Part shown: positions 49,141 through 58,083 of the stretch, piece after piece
How the letters are laid out: each line of letters opens with the position of its first letter
Numbering within the stretch: the first letter of the stretch is position 1
NCBI GenBank assembly: GCA_016187745.1
Contig: JACPJC010000006.1
Coordinates: forward strand, 96,001 to 160,000
DNA length: 64,000 nt
Reading direction: 5' to 3'
DNA from: Candidatus Iainarchaeum sp.
GTDB taxonomy: Archaea > Iainarchaeota > Iainarchaeia > Iainarchaeales > JAXPJC01
Position numbers and translations under genes: made by a program
Notes under the pieces: generated by a model
Told to the model about the DNA's origin: nothing
Databases searched by the model: none
The model's input: only the letters and a program-made list of their open reading frames with translations

Positions 49141-49764
49141 ATGCGCAGAACTTTGTCTGTTGTTGTTTTGCTTGCGTTCTTTATTGTATTCTTATCAACA
49201 GGCGCTTTTGCGCAGAACAAGGCAGTTGCAAAATATGCCATTGATGTTGCGCAGTTTTCCGATACCCTGAGGATAACGCTTGATGCGCTTGTGGGGGAGA
49301 ACGATTCAATAATAATACTGGGCGCGGAAAACAGGTCCTCATATGCAATTTACGACACTGGAATAATCGAGGAATTCCCTAAAGAGATTGTTTCAAGTGC
49401 GGGCGGGATTTCCAGCGCTCACAAATTCGCTGTGCTGCAGGAGGAGCCCGCAATAATTGAATGGGTTATTCCTTCCCTTATGCCAGGGGAGAAGGTTGAA
49501 TTCGCATATGAACTTAAAATTAGGGTTGATGAGAACGCGCTCAAAAGCATTTCAACCTACCCGAAAATGGGCAGAATCACCAAAAGCGCAGTTCCCAATA
49601 TTTTTTCCCCGCTGAGGAGCAATTTCACGACAGCATTTGCTGCGCTTAAGGAAACGGACCCGCAGGCGGCAGCTGCGGTAATTGCGGTATTTGCCATATT
49701 GTTCGCACTGGCACACATGCATAATCCGAAAGGGAAGGGAAGGCGCAAACAGAAATTCTTTTAA
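49141..49764 (+). CDS. Hypothetical surface protein (signal peptide, Ig-like domain, C-terminal TM)
   Basis: AFA cleavage site, I.E..P / W.I..L.PGE....Y pattern, basic tail. Confidence 0.7.
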   Translation: MRRTLSVVVLLAFFIVFLSTGAFAQNKAVAKYAIDVAQFSDTLRITLDALVGENDSIIILGAENRSSYAIYDTGIIEEFPKEIVSSAGGISSAHKFAVLQEEPAIIEWVIPSLMPGEKVEFAYELKIRVDENALKSISTYPKMGRITKSAVPNIFSPLRSNFTTAFAALKETDPQAAAAVIAVFAILFALAHMHNPKGKGRRKQKFF

Positions 49765-49808
49765 ATGCGTTAGGATGTAATTAATCAGGAATTTGGAGTT
49801 GGAAAATA

Positions 49809-52688
49809 TTGCACAACAAAGATAGCAGATTCCCATTATTTTGCTTGCTGGTTGCGCTGTTTGCAATTGTTCTATTCCAGGGCGTTTCCGCTGTTTATTC
49901 CTGGAACCTGCAGTCAAGCACTGGAACTGCAACGGCATGGAGCAACCACAAATACTTGGCAAGGGCCGATGAGAATACGCTCTATGCAATATTTGTAAGC
50001 GACAACAATGTTTATTTCACCCGCTCAACAAATGACGGGATTGACTGGAATGCGCCTGTACTGATCAGTACACTAAAGAAGGGGGTTAGGGAGCCTTCTG
50101 TTAATCCCTCAATTTTGCTGGATTCAAGCAATGTGCTGCATGTTGTGTGGCAGGACTGGTATTACAGTGACCAAAGTAAAAATTGGGAGATTTTCTACAG
50201 GAGCTGCGACACAGCGCTTGCTGATTGCACCAATGCAGGCAACTGGAGCGCAATAACAGACATAAGCAATGATGCTGCTGAAAATAATTATCCGCTGATG
50301 GCAATTGATTCAGGCAATGCCAAGCATGTGATATGGCAGCAGAATAGGGAAATTTATTACACAAAGTGCTCATCAAACTGCAATGTTGCGGGCAATTGGA
50401 GCGCTGCGGTAAATGTGAGCAATACGGCAACAGAATCATACAATCCCTCAATAGTTGTAACATCCGACAGGAACGTTGGGATTGTCTGGGAAGAAGTGAC
50501 AACTCCTGAAGAGATTTATTACAAGACCTGCGCCTCTGCAACAGCAGATTGCTCAAGCTTCTCTAACTGGAGCGCTGCGGTAAATGTGAGCAATGATGCA
50601 AACGAATCCTTCTACGCAAGGGCCGTTGTTGATTCCGCGGACAGGACGCATATTGTATGGAGCGAAACCGGCGATGATTTCTCTAGCTCTTATACGCTTT
50701 ACAAATCCTGCGCGGGCGCCTGCGGAAACGCAGCAAAATGGAAAAACAAGGCGCTGGTGAGCGACTGGAACTCCGGGAAATTGAATGAGGATGCGTTTAT
50801 CATTACGGATTCCAGCAACAGGGCGCACATATTCTGGCTTGAGACTGCAAATGGCATTGGGAACATAAGATACAGGACAAGAACTTCTGCAGGCACTTGG
50901 GGCGCAATAACAGAGCTTACAAATGATTTGAGCATTGGCTATTTGGGAATCACATGCAATTACGCTGATTTCAATCCTGCTGCGAATTACGAGAAGCTTG
51001 ATTGCGTGTGGACAAACAAATCAAACAGCAAGCTAGTGTATTTTGCAATAACAAAGGAGCCTGTTCCGATAAGCGTTCCGGGCGACCAGGGAAAGCTGCT
51101 GCCAACGCATACATATCTGACAGTAAATCCCACAAACCTTTCAAGCGCAACCCCGGCAGGCGCAAACACCATAACCGTAACTGAATTCAGCATTTACTCC
51201 CCCTATACATTCGGTGCCGGAACCCTGCTCCCGTGGTATTACGTAATCAACAGCACCCTTAACAACTACACATTCACAATACGGCTTGTTGTTTCATATT
51301 TGGACAGGGACAATGACGGCTATGAGGACATAACAGGAAGGGATGAGAATACGCTTGCGGTTGCGTATTGGGACAATGGCCAATGGACAACAGTAAGCGG
51401 CTCTGTGAACCAAACAAACAACTATATCCTTATAACAACAGACCATTTCTCAACATTTTCGCTGGTTTCGCTTGACAATCCTGAGCCGCAGCTGGCTGTT
51501 GCAACCCTGAGTGTCACTCCAAAGAAGAAAAATATCAGGGAGGACAGTAAATTTGATTTTGTTGTGCATGTTACGGGCGCCGGGGATTTGAGTGCATTTG
51601 CAAACGCAACAAGCGCAACATTCAGCAATGGCGCTTATGCGCTTACTGGAATAAATTATGATGCTGCAAATAACCAGCTTGACATGAAGATTGATGCGGG
51701 AGTACTGGAAGAAAACATTTATGAATTTGAGCTGCTCTCAATAGATGGCACAAAGTTCAGCACAAATCTGGATTCTGCAACAGTCTTCAGGCCAGGGCCT
51801 GGCCTTTCCTCTGCAAAAAAAAAACTAATTTCCCCGGGGATAACCCCTGATATGCTGTTCTACCCCTTCAAAAGGCTCTTTGAGAACTTGGACCTTCTTT
51901 TCACATTTGAAAAGGCGCAAAGGATAGAGAAGCATGCGCACTATGCGGAACTCAGGCTGAGCGAGGCTGTTGCCATGGTCGAGGCGGATAAGCCCGAATA
52001 TGTCGATGCCCTGCTTGAGCAGTACGTATATAACATGTCCGCATCAAACAAGGAGTTCAAGGAGGTTGAGGATCTCGCAGACATGTATCCGGATCTGAGC
52101 GAGCTGCTTGCTGAAGCAACTGCAATACATTTGCGTGTCATTGGGGAAGTTTCAGGAAATGTTTCCAAAGCAGCACAGGACACATTGGATAGGGTTGAGG
52201 ACATCTCATCAATCGGGCATGAGCAGGCGGTAAAAACCCTTGCAAAAGAAAATCCTGCAAAGGCCGCGGATATTGTAATAGGCGCCGGCATTGATGCCCT
52301 TGACAAGGCAGTTTCTGCCACCGGAGAGATGAAAGAGGGCGAGGCCAAAAAGAACATTGAATCATTTGAGAGGCATCTGCAAACAGCGGGTGAAATAATC
52401 CAGGCCGCAGGAGAATCCGGGAAGGAAACAACAAGTGCAGAGAGGGCAATTGCTGTTGTGGCAGCAGAGAGCATTGAAAAGCTGCTTCAGATACATGATG
52501 AAAGTTCCTCTGGCACAACAAGGGAAGCGGCGGAAAACGCAATAATAAACGCGCTTGAAGAGCACAGCAGGGCTGTTACTGCACTTGAGGACAAGAGCGA
52601 AGAGGCAAAGGAGAAATCAGCAATCCCAAGCGAGATTAGGGAAAAAATTGAAAGGATAAAAGAAGAAGTGGGAAATAGGGCAAAATAG
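49809..52688 (+). CDS. Secreted BNR/beta-propeller protein fused to a C-terminal DUF5667-like helical region
   Basis: RSTNDGIDW Asp-box, repeated DS....H.VW / NWSA..NVSN blades; PGITPD..FYPFKR..E..L.FTF.....A..RL.E. Confidence 0.8.
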   Translation: MHNKDSRFPLFCLLVALFAIVLFQGVSAVYSWNLQSSTGTATAWSNHKYLARADENTLYAIFVSDNNVYFTRSTNDGIDWNAPVLISTLKKGVREPSVNPSILLDSSNVLHVVWQDWYYSDQSKNWEIFYRSCDTALADCTNAGNWSAITDISNDAAENNYPLMAIDSGNAKHVIWQQNREIYYTKCSSNCNVAGNWSAAVNVSNTATESYNPSIVVTSDRNVGIVWEEVTTPEEIYYKTCASATADCSSFSNWSAAVNVSNDANESFYARAVVDSADRTHIVWSETGDDFSSSYTLYKSCAGACGNAAKWKNKALVSDWNSGKLNEDAFIITDSSNRAHIFWLETANGIGNIRYRTRTSAGTWGAITELTNDLSIGYLGITCNYADFNPAANYEKLDCVWTNKSNSKLVYFAITKEPVPISVPGDQGKLLPTHTYLTVNPTNLSSATPAGANTITVTEFSIYSPYTFGAGTLLPWYYVINSTLNNYTFTIRLVVSYLDRDNDGYEDITGRDENTLAVAYWDNGQWTTVSGSVNQTNNYILITTDHFSTFSLVSLDNPEPQLAVATLSVTPKKKNIREDSKFDFVVHVTGAGDLSAFANATSATFSNGAYALTGINYDAANNQLDMKIDAGVLEENIYEFELLSIDGTKFSTNLDSATVFRPGPGLSSAKKKLISPGITPDMLFYPFKRLFENLDLLFTFEKAQRIEKHAHYAELRLSEAVAMVEADKPEYVDALLEQYVYNMSASNKEFKEVEDLADMYPDLSELLAEATAIHLRVIGEVSGNVSKAAQDTLDRVEDISSIGHEQAVKTLAKENPAKAADIVIGAGIDALDKAVSATGEMKEGEAKKNIESFERHLQTAGEIIQAAGESGKETTSAERAIAVVAAESIEKLLQIHDESSSGTTREAAENAIINALEEHSRAVTALEDKSEEAKEKSAIPSEIREKIERIKEEVGNRAK

Positions 52689-52723
52689 GAAAGAAATTAA
52701 GATTATCCTGTAATAGTGTAAAT

Positions 52724-53314
52724 ATGCTTTCTGCTGCAGACGGCAAGGAATTTGTGAGAGTTGCGCGGAAGAGCGTTGCATATTATCTGCATACTGGCGC
52801 ACTGCTTAAAGAGGCAAGCCCTGATGCACGCTATAATGAGAAGCGCGGTGTTTTTGTAACGCTGCATTCCTTTCCTGAAAGGGAATTGCGCGGGTGCATT
52901 GGATACCCTGAACCCGTTGCTCCTCTTTGGCGCGCAATAATCGAGAATGCGGTGAATGCTGCATTTTCTGACCCGAGGTTTGCGCCATTGCAGGCGAATG
53001 AGCTTGAGAAAATCATAATTGAGGTTTCAGTGCTTACAAAGCCAGTTGCAATGCGCTGTGAGAGGAATGTGCTCCCAAAAAAAATAAAAATCGGGAAGGA
53101 CGGGCTGATTATAAGGAAGGGCTTTAATTCCGGATTGCTGCTTCCCCAAGTGGCAAGCGAATTGAAATGGAATTCAGAGCAGTTCCTGTGCGCGCTCTGC
53201 GGAAAGGCAGGATTGAATGAAAGCGCGTGGAAGGATGAGAAGGCGGAAATATGCACATTCCAATCGCAGATATTTGCAGAGGAAAGGCCTAATGGGAGGA
53301 TTATAAAATATTAA
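52724..53314 (+). CDS. amrA: AMMECR1 domain protein (AmmeMemoRadiSam protein A)
   Basis: GVFVTL, LRGCIG, AAF.DPRF.P, EVSVL, GLLLPQV, KAGL. Confidence 0.93.
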   Translation: MLSAADGKEFVRVARKSVAYYLHTGALLKEASPDARYNEKRGVFVTLHSFPERELRGCIGYPEPVAPLWRAIIENAVNAAFSDPRFAPLQANELEKIIIEVSVLTKPVAMRCERNVLPKKIKIGKDGLIIRKGFNSGLLLPQVASELKWNSEQFLCALCGKAGLNESAWKDEKAEICTFQSQIFAEERPNGRIIKY

Positions 53315-53324
53315 TGATTTTATT

Positions 53325-54449
53325 TCAGCCAAGCATTGACTGCCCCTTCGACCATCTCTCGGATATTTCGCTTGCGGACAAGGCCCTGTTGTGCACTGCA
53401 AGCTCATCAACCTTGCCGTCGAAATTTGTTGAGGTTCCGCCTCCGCCGGAGCCGATGTAAAGGTTCTTGGTCAGCGCGGGGTTTATTGGGCCTGTGTAAG
53501 CCTGTGCCGTTCCTTCAGCGCCATCAACATAAATTCTGATATAGTTGCCATCATAAGTGCCAACAATATAGCTCCACTTTCCAATATAAGTGGAAGAGGG
53601 GAACTGCTTGTACGCGCTGCTCAGGTTGTTTTCAACGCTGAATCTTATTTTCTCAGGCCCGAACCACACCCCATAGCCCTCAAACAGCCCGCCGAGGAAT
53701 TTGCCAACGGGGGACCTATCTTGGACTATGGCATCAGGATTTATCCATGCCTCAACCGTGATTTTATCCGTAATGTTAAGGCTTGCGCCATTGCCGCAAT
53801 CGGCCTGGCTATATAGATTGCCACCAGGATCAGAAATGAATTCCAGACCGCCGCCAAATGCCCCGCTGACCCAGAATACATTAGCAGGATTCCATAGCAG
53901 GCAGTCATTGTGATTTGAAGTTGCATCAAACAGATTATCCCCCGAGCCCTCATTGAAGTGCCATAATGCAACCGTATTCGCATCAGGCTGCATTAGTTCA
54001 GTTCCTGCAGCCCTCTGGCTTGCCTTCCCCACACATGTGATTTTCTCATAATGCCTTCCATACCTGCCCCGCTTATAGCTTACTGTTATTTCCCCCTTGT
54101 ACGTGTCTCCTGCCTTTTTTGTTGTCTGGCCTGAAACCTTGAAGAAATTCCCTTCCAGGACTGTGTTTGCGCTTATTGCCCCCTGCCCTGAGAAATCCCC
54201 GCTGAAGCTTGCTTCAAGCTCTGTTATCCTATAGCCTGTGCCATTTGCGAGATATAGCGAGAAATAGCCGTTGTGGTCCATTGTATGGTCATTATATGCG
54301 AGAAACTGCGAGCCCGTGCAATATTCTGCGCTTGGCGCATTCAATATGCCCATAAAAACAAGCACTCCAACCACTATCGCTATTATGACCAATGCAAAGC
54401 CATAGGTTGTTAAGTATTCCAGGGCCGCCTGCCCTTTGTTTTTGCGCAT
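53325..54449 (-). CDS. Class III signal-peptide pilin-like protein with one LamG domain; paralog of the giant adhesin
   Basis: KGQAALEYLTTY...GILNAPSA..CTG...LAY.DHT; LWHFNEGSG; FDGKVDELA..NRALS..EI. Confidence 0.88.
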   Translation of the reverse strand: MRKNKGQAALEYLTTYGFALVIIAIVVGVLVFMGILNAPSAEYCTGSQFLAYNDHTMDHNGYFSLYLANGTGYRITELEASFSGDFSGQGAISANTVLEGNFFKVSGQTTKKAGDTYKGEITVSYKRGRYGRHYEKITCVGKASQRAAGTELMQPDANTVALWHFNEGSGDNLFDATSNHNDCLLWNPANVFWVSGAFGGGLEFISDPGGNLYSQADCGNGASLNITDKITVEAWINPDAIVQDRSPVGKFLGGLFEGYGVWFGPEKIRFSVENNLSSAYKQFPSSTYIGKWSYIVGTYDGNYIRIYVDGAEGTAQAYTGPINPALTKNLYIGSGGGGTSTNFDGKVDELAVHNRALSASEISERWSKGQSMLG

Positions 54450-54541
54450 TTGCGGAATATATGGAAATTGGGCTATATTAAGATATTGATGCTGCCGGCA
54501 GGGGAAAATAATTTAATGCCCGTAGCTTTAATGTGATGCAG

Positions 54542-55123
54542 CTATTCGCCTGATACGCATTTTCCTGAAACGCATTTGGGATTTGGACCCGGGGCGCATA
54601 AATCTATTATTGTTGAGCACTGCCGGGTGTATGTGTCCATCTTATTATAGAACGGCTCTTTATCAATGGCTTTATTTATGAAATGGTAGCAGCCGAATTC
54701 AATGTAGCTGCCGCCCAGAATAAGGACATCGCAGTCAGCATCTTCAGAGCAATAGTTTGATTCATCAATATCATTCTCTATCTCATCATGCATGCTCTGG
54801 CATGAGCTTTCAACATTCAAATCAATTCCTTCCCTGCAGGCATTCAAATCTATTAAGAGCTTGTCATTCTGCTCATTGAGGAGTTTTGTGAGTGTTTGAA
54901 GGGAATCGTTTTCCGCAATGAACTGCTTGTTGAGAAGCGGCTCAACATACTGGTGCTGGACGAAGCTGCCGATTACAATCCCGATAATGAGAAGGAACAG
55001 CATGAAGATTCTTGTTGCGCTGAAAAGTCCAGGGGAGGATTTGCGCCTGAACCTGCGCGCATCCCCTTCAGAATCGTCATCCTCATATTTGCTTGAAACA
55101 TCGCGCAGGTCCATTTTGCTCAT
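54542..55123 (-). CDS. Single-pass membrane protein with short coiled coil and Cys-rich C-terminal domain
   Basis: TM at aa ~38-55; YC..D.DC...GC...C....C......CV.GKC. Confidence 0.75.
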   Translation of the reverse strand: MSKMDLRDVSSKYEDDDSEGDARRFRRKSSPGLFSATRIFMLFLLIIGIVIGSFVQHQYVEPLLNKQFIAENDSLQTLTKLLNEQNDKLLIDLNACREGIDLNVESSCQSMHDEIENDIDESNYCSEDADCDVLILGGSYIEFGCYHFINKAIDKEPFYNKMDTYTRQCSTIIDLCAPGPNPKCVSGKCVSGE

Positions 55124-56052
55124 TCCTCAAATTTTATTTTCCTTTTGGTTTTGCCGTTCCAGAGCAGCGCTACCCTGCTCTTTTCATCGGCATCTGCAAA
55201 TTTATAGCCAAGGTGCTTATTAAGTTTTTCTGAGAACTCCTTCACTTCGGCGAATGTTGGCATGTTCTCCCGCTGCAGGCGCAGCCTTGAGAAGCCCACA
55301 TGCATATAGCTCTTCAGCTCAACAAAATCCGGATTCGCTTTTTCAATCAGCGCGGCGTATTCCTTTTCCGAATGCATGTTCATCCCCTTAATGAGGGTTA
55401 TGCGCACTGCCTTGCGGGTTTTCAGCTCCGGGAAAAGCTCAAGGGTCTCATTGAATCTTTTCCAGGAATCCCTTATTATGGGCTGGTTTATTTTTTTGTG
55501 CAGCGCCTCATCCGGGGCGGAAAGCGAAACATACAACTGAGTGGGCAGCTTCATTTTTTCAAGCACTTGCGGATTTGCGCCGTTTGTAACAAGGAATGTG
55601 GAAAGGCCTGATTTTTTGCATTCTGAAACCAGTTCCGAGATTTTTGGATAGGCTGTTGGCTCTCCTGCAAGGGAAATTGCAACGTGCCTGGGGTTCTGCG
55701 CCTCCAATAATTTTTTCTTTCCAATGCTTTCAATCAGGCTGCCGAAGCCCGAGAGGAGAATGCGCTGCTGCTTTATGGTTTCCTGTACAATTTCCTTCGG
55801 GGAATCGAATCCATCCATTGCGCTCCCTGTTGTATTGAGCGGGCGCCAGCAGTAAAGGCATTTCTGCGTGCAGAAGGCGACCGCAGGGCTGAACTGAATG
55901 CAGCGATGGCTTTCAATTCCGTAGAATTTGTTCTTGTAGCAGTACTGGTTTTTTGTCAGCGCTGCCTTAGTCCAGTGGCAGAGCTTCACAGCGGAGTGCC
56001 CGAAGAGCGCATAATGCTGCTTCCGCAGGGTTGAAATCAAATCATCCGGCAT
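55120..56052 (-). CDS. taw1: 4-demethylwyosine synthase Taw1/TYW1 (radical SAM)
   Basis: HSAVKLCHW, CYK..FYGI.SHRC, CTQKCLYCWRP, P.H.AISL.GEPT, PTQLYVS, ELKSYM.VG.SR.RL. Confidence 0.95.
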   Translation of the reverse strand: MPDDLISTLRKQHYALFGHSAVKLCHWTKAALTKNQYCYKNKFYGIESHRCIQFSPAVAFCTQKCLYCWRPLNTTGSAMDGFDSPKEIVQETIKQQRILLSGFGSLIESIGKKKLLEAQNPRHVAISLAGEPTAYPKISELVSECKKSGLSTFLVTNGANPQVLEKMKLPTQLYVSLSAPDEALHKKINQPIIRDSWKRFNETLELFPELKTRKAVRITLIKGMNMHSEKEYAALIEKANPDFVELKSYMHVGFSRLRLQRENMPTFAEVKEFSEKLNKHLGYKFADADEKSRVALLWNGKTKRKIKFEE

Positions 56053-56219
56053 ATAATGCGAAGGGGCTTTCATAATGAATTTGGGCAGGGAAACATTAAA
56101 ACCCTTATGTATAATCGTGAATTTGCGCATTTTTCGGAGCAATTTCCTGAAAAGAGAGAAAACTTTATAAATATGTTATTAGATTATAGGTATGAATTAT
56201 AAATTCGGGGTGAAATTCA

Positions 56220-56483
56220 ATGTACAAATACACAATTGCAAGGCAGCTTGCAACAAAGCGCGTCATTACCAACAGGGGAGATGAGGTTGGAAAACTGGTG
56301 GATCTTCTCGTGAATGAGACAACAGGTGAAATTGAATACCTGCTTGTTGAGATAGACAGGGAGAGCAAGGTAATAAAGCGCATAGGCGCGCACGAGAGGC
56401 AGCTGCAAATCCCATACTCTGCGGTAACAGCAGTAAGCGACGTTTTCATAGTGGATGAGCGCGAGCTTGCAAAAGCAGAATGA
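56220..56483 (+). CDS. PRC-barrel protein (CdpB-like)
   Basis: L..K.V....G..VG...D...N..TG.I..L.V...IPY.AV.AV.D..IV; GGGGTGA RBS. Confidence 0.88.
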   Translation: MYKYTIARQLATKRVITNRGDEVGKLVDLLVNETTGEIEYLLVEIDRESKVIKRIGAHERQLQIPYSAVTAVSDVFIVDERELAKAE

Positions 56484-56570
56484 ACTGGAATGCAAAAAGC
56501 GTTATATTTATAAGTCCTACCCTTTATCTACTTACTAATTATTATTTTGCTTGCGTGCGGAGGAATATCC

Positions 56571-56867
56571 ATGGCGAAGAAAAAGAAGGCCAAACCTGCA
56601 AAGCCCAGGAAAACAAAGAAGAAGGGCAAGGTTGCAAGGAAAACCAGGAAAGCGGTTAAGAAGAGGGCTAAGCCCGGGAAGGCAAAAAATGCCTCTAAGA
56701 AGGCCGGGAAGAGGGCAAGGAAGATTGCTGTTGTTGAGGTGCCTGCCGAAGGAAAGGCCCAGGAAGAGGAGGATTATGCCGGAGCCCCCGAAGAGGAGCT
56801 TCCAGGGGGGGCAACAGGGGAAAGCTACGAGCAGCCGGATTATGAGGAATGGGAAGAAGAGGAATAG
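56571..56867 (+). CDS. Low-complexity protein with Lys/Ala-rich N-half and Glu-rich C-half
   Basis: MAKKKKAKPAK...EEWEEEE; GGAGG RBS; followed by an oligo-T tract. Confidence 0.75.
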   Translation: MAKKKKAKPAKPRKTKKKGKVARKTRKAVKKRAKPGKAKNASKKAGKRARKIAVVEVPAEGKAQEEEDYAGAPEEELPGGATGESYEQPDYEEWEEEE

Positions 56868-56877
56868 GCGCCTTCTG

Positions 56878-56908
56878 CCCTTTTTTGTTTTTCCTGTTTT
56901 ATTTTTTT
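56878..56908 (+). terminator. Oligo-T tract terminator between convergent genes
   Basis: CCCTTTTTTGTTTTTCCTGTTTTATTTTTT after the stop at 56867. Confidence 0.55.
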
Positions 56909-56915
56909 AATATTA

Positions 56916-58061
56916 TTATTCCAGTTCCACAACAAGCCTTTTGTCCTTGAGATTCAGCTTTGGGGAGAGTTTTGCTATCTTAGGATTGGATTTTGCCAGA
57001 TTATACATAACATCTTCCGGATTCCTTTTTTCAGAAATCGCGCGCTTAATTTCCTCAGCAATGCTGTTAAGGAGCGCATAATTCCTGTAAATCAGCTCTG
57101 CCGCCATCCTGCTGGATTCAATCTCAGCCTCATAAGACTTTTGCGCAGCCCCCTGCCGCCCTATGCTGAATTCAATCTGGGCAAGCGCCTTTCCTGTTCT
57201 CTCATTCTGCTGCCTTTCCGCAGCAGCAACAGGGATTTTGTTGAAGCGCTCGTCAAAGAACTTATTAAGCGAGGGAACTCCTGCGGAATTGGAAGGGGGA
57301 ACTGATTTTAGGGGAAAGGGAACTATTAGGGAATGCTCTGCGGTTTTTATTGCAGCCGGGGCAAGTTTTTTTGCATCTATTGCGTGGAGGGAACGAATCT
57401 CCGCATACAGCGCGGTTATTTCTTTAGCGCTTAGCGAGCCTCCCGTTCTGTCCACTGAAAGCCCCGCCCTGAAGCAGGCTTCTCCGGCGATGATTGGGGA
57501 AATGTTCATTTTCGGAACAAGGGTTTTTATAATCCCTGAAGCGCTTCCCTTAAGCAGCGCGGCAAGCCCGGATTCTGAAATTGCCTCGGCCCCCAACCCC
57601 TTTGCCTTGGGAAATTCATAGGGGGCATTCCTTTCAGTTCTCCTGTCCTTCAGCAATTCCCTCCTGTAGGGCAGGAGGATTTTGTTGCTTTTGTCTGTAA
57701 GGATCATATTTCCCTTTGCAAAAAGCTCAAGTATCAGATTGCAGCCCGCGAATTCCATTATGCATAGCCTGTCCAGATTGTGCTGCCTGAAGGAAATGAT
57801 GCGCCTGTTCAGCAGATGCTTCTTCAGGAACTGCGCATAGGGGCTTTCCTTCTGGGGGGCATTGAACTTATAGGAGGTAAGGTAGAAAATTTCCGGCCTT
57901 ATTATGAGATCGGCGCTGCCCTTTTCCTTAATGTGCAGGCGGAAGCGGAACACTCCCCTGTCAATCTCCTGGATTTTATTTATGAAGGCGCCGCTTATTG
58001 AGGCGCCTATCTCAAGGAGCAAGTATGCGATTGTCAAGTTTGGAATCTGGATTTCCGGCAT
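56916..58061 (-). CDS. NFACT/Rqc2 (RqcH/FbpA) N-terminal part only
   Basis: L.K.L...I..F.Q...DR, ELF..GN.IL.D, Y..P, HhH E.C.RAG, coiled coil, AELIY.NY; ends before NFACT-R. Confidence 0.85.
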   Translation of the reverse strand: MPEIQIPNLTIAYLLLEIGASISGAFINKIQEIDRGVFRFRLHIKEKGSADLIIRPEIFYLTSYKFNAPQKESPYAQFLKKHLLNRRIISFRQHNLDRLCIMEFAGCNLILELFAKGNMILTDKSNKILLPYRRELLKDRRTERNAPYEFPKAKGLGAEAISESGLAALLKGSASGIIKTLVPKMNISPIIAGEACFRAGLSVDRTGGSLSAKEITALYAEIRSLHAIDAKKLAPAAIKTAEHSLIVPFPLKSVPPSNSAGVPSLNKFFDERFNKIPVAAAERQQNERTGKALAQIEFSIGRQGAAQKSYEAEIESSRMAAELIYRNYALLNSIAEEIKRAISEKRNPEDVMYNLAKSNPKIAKLSPKLNLKDKRLVVELE

Positions 58062-58083
58062 AGAATAAGTATGCACAACGCAG

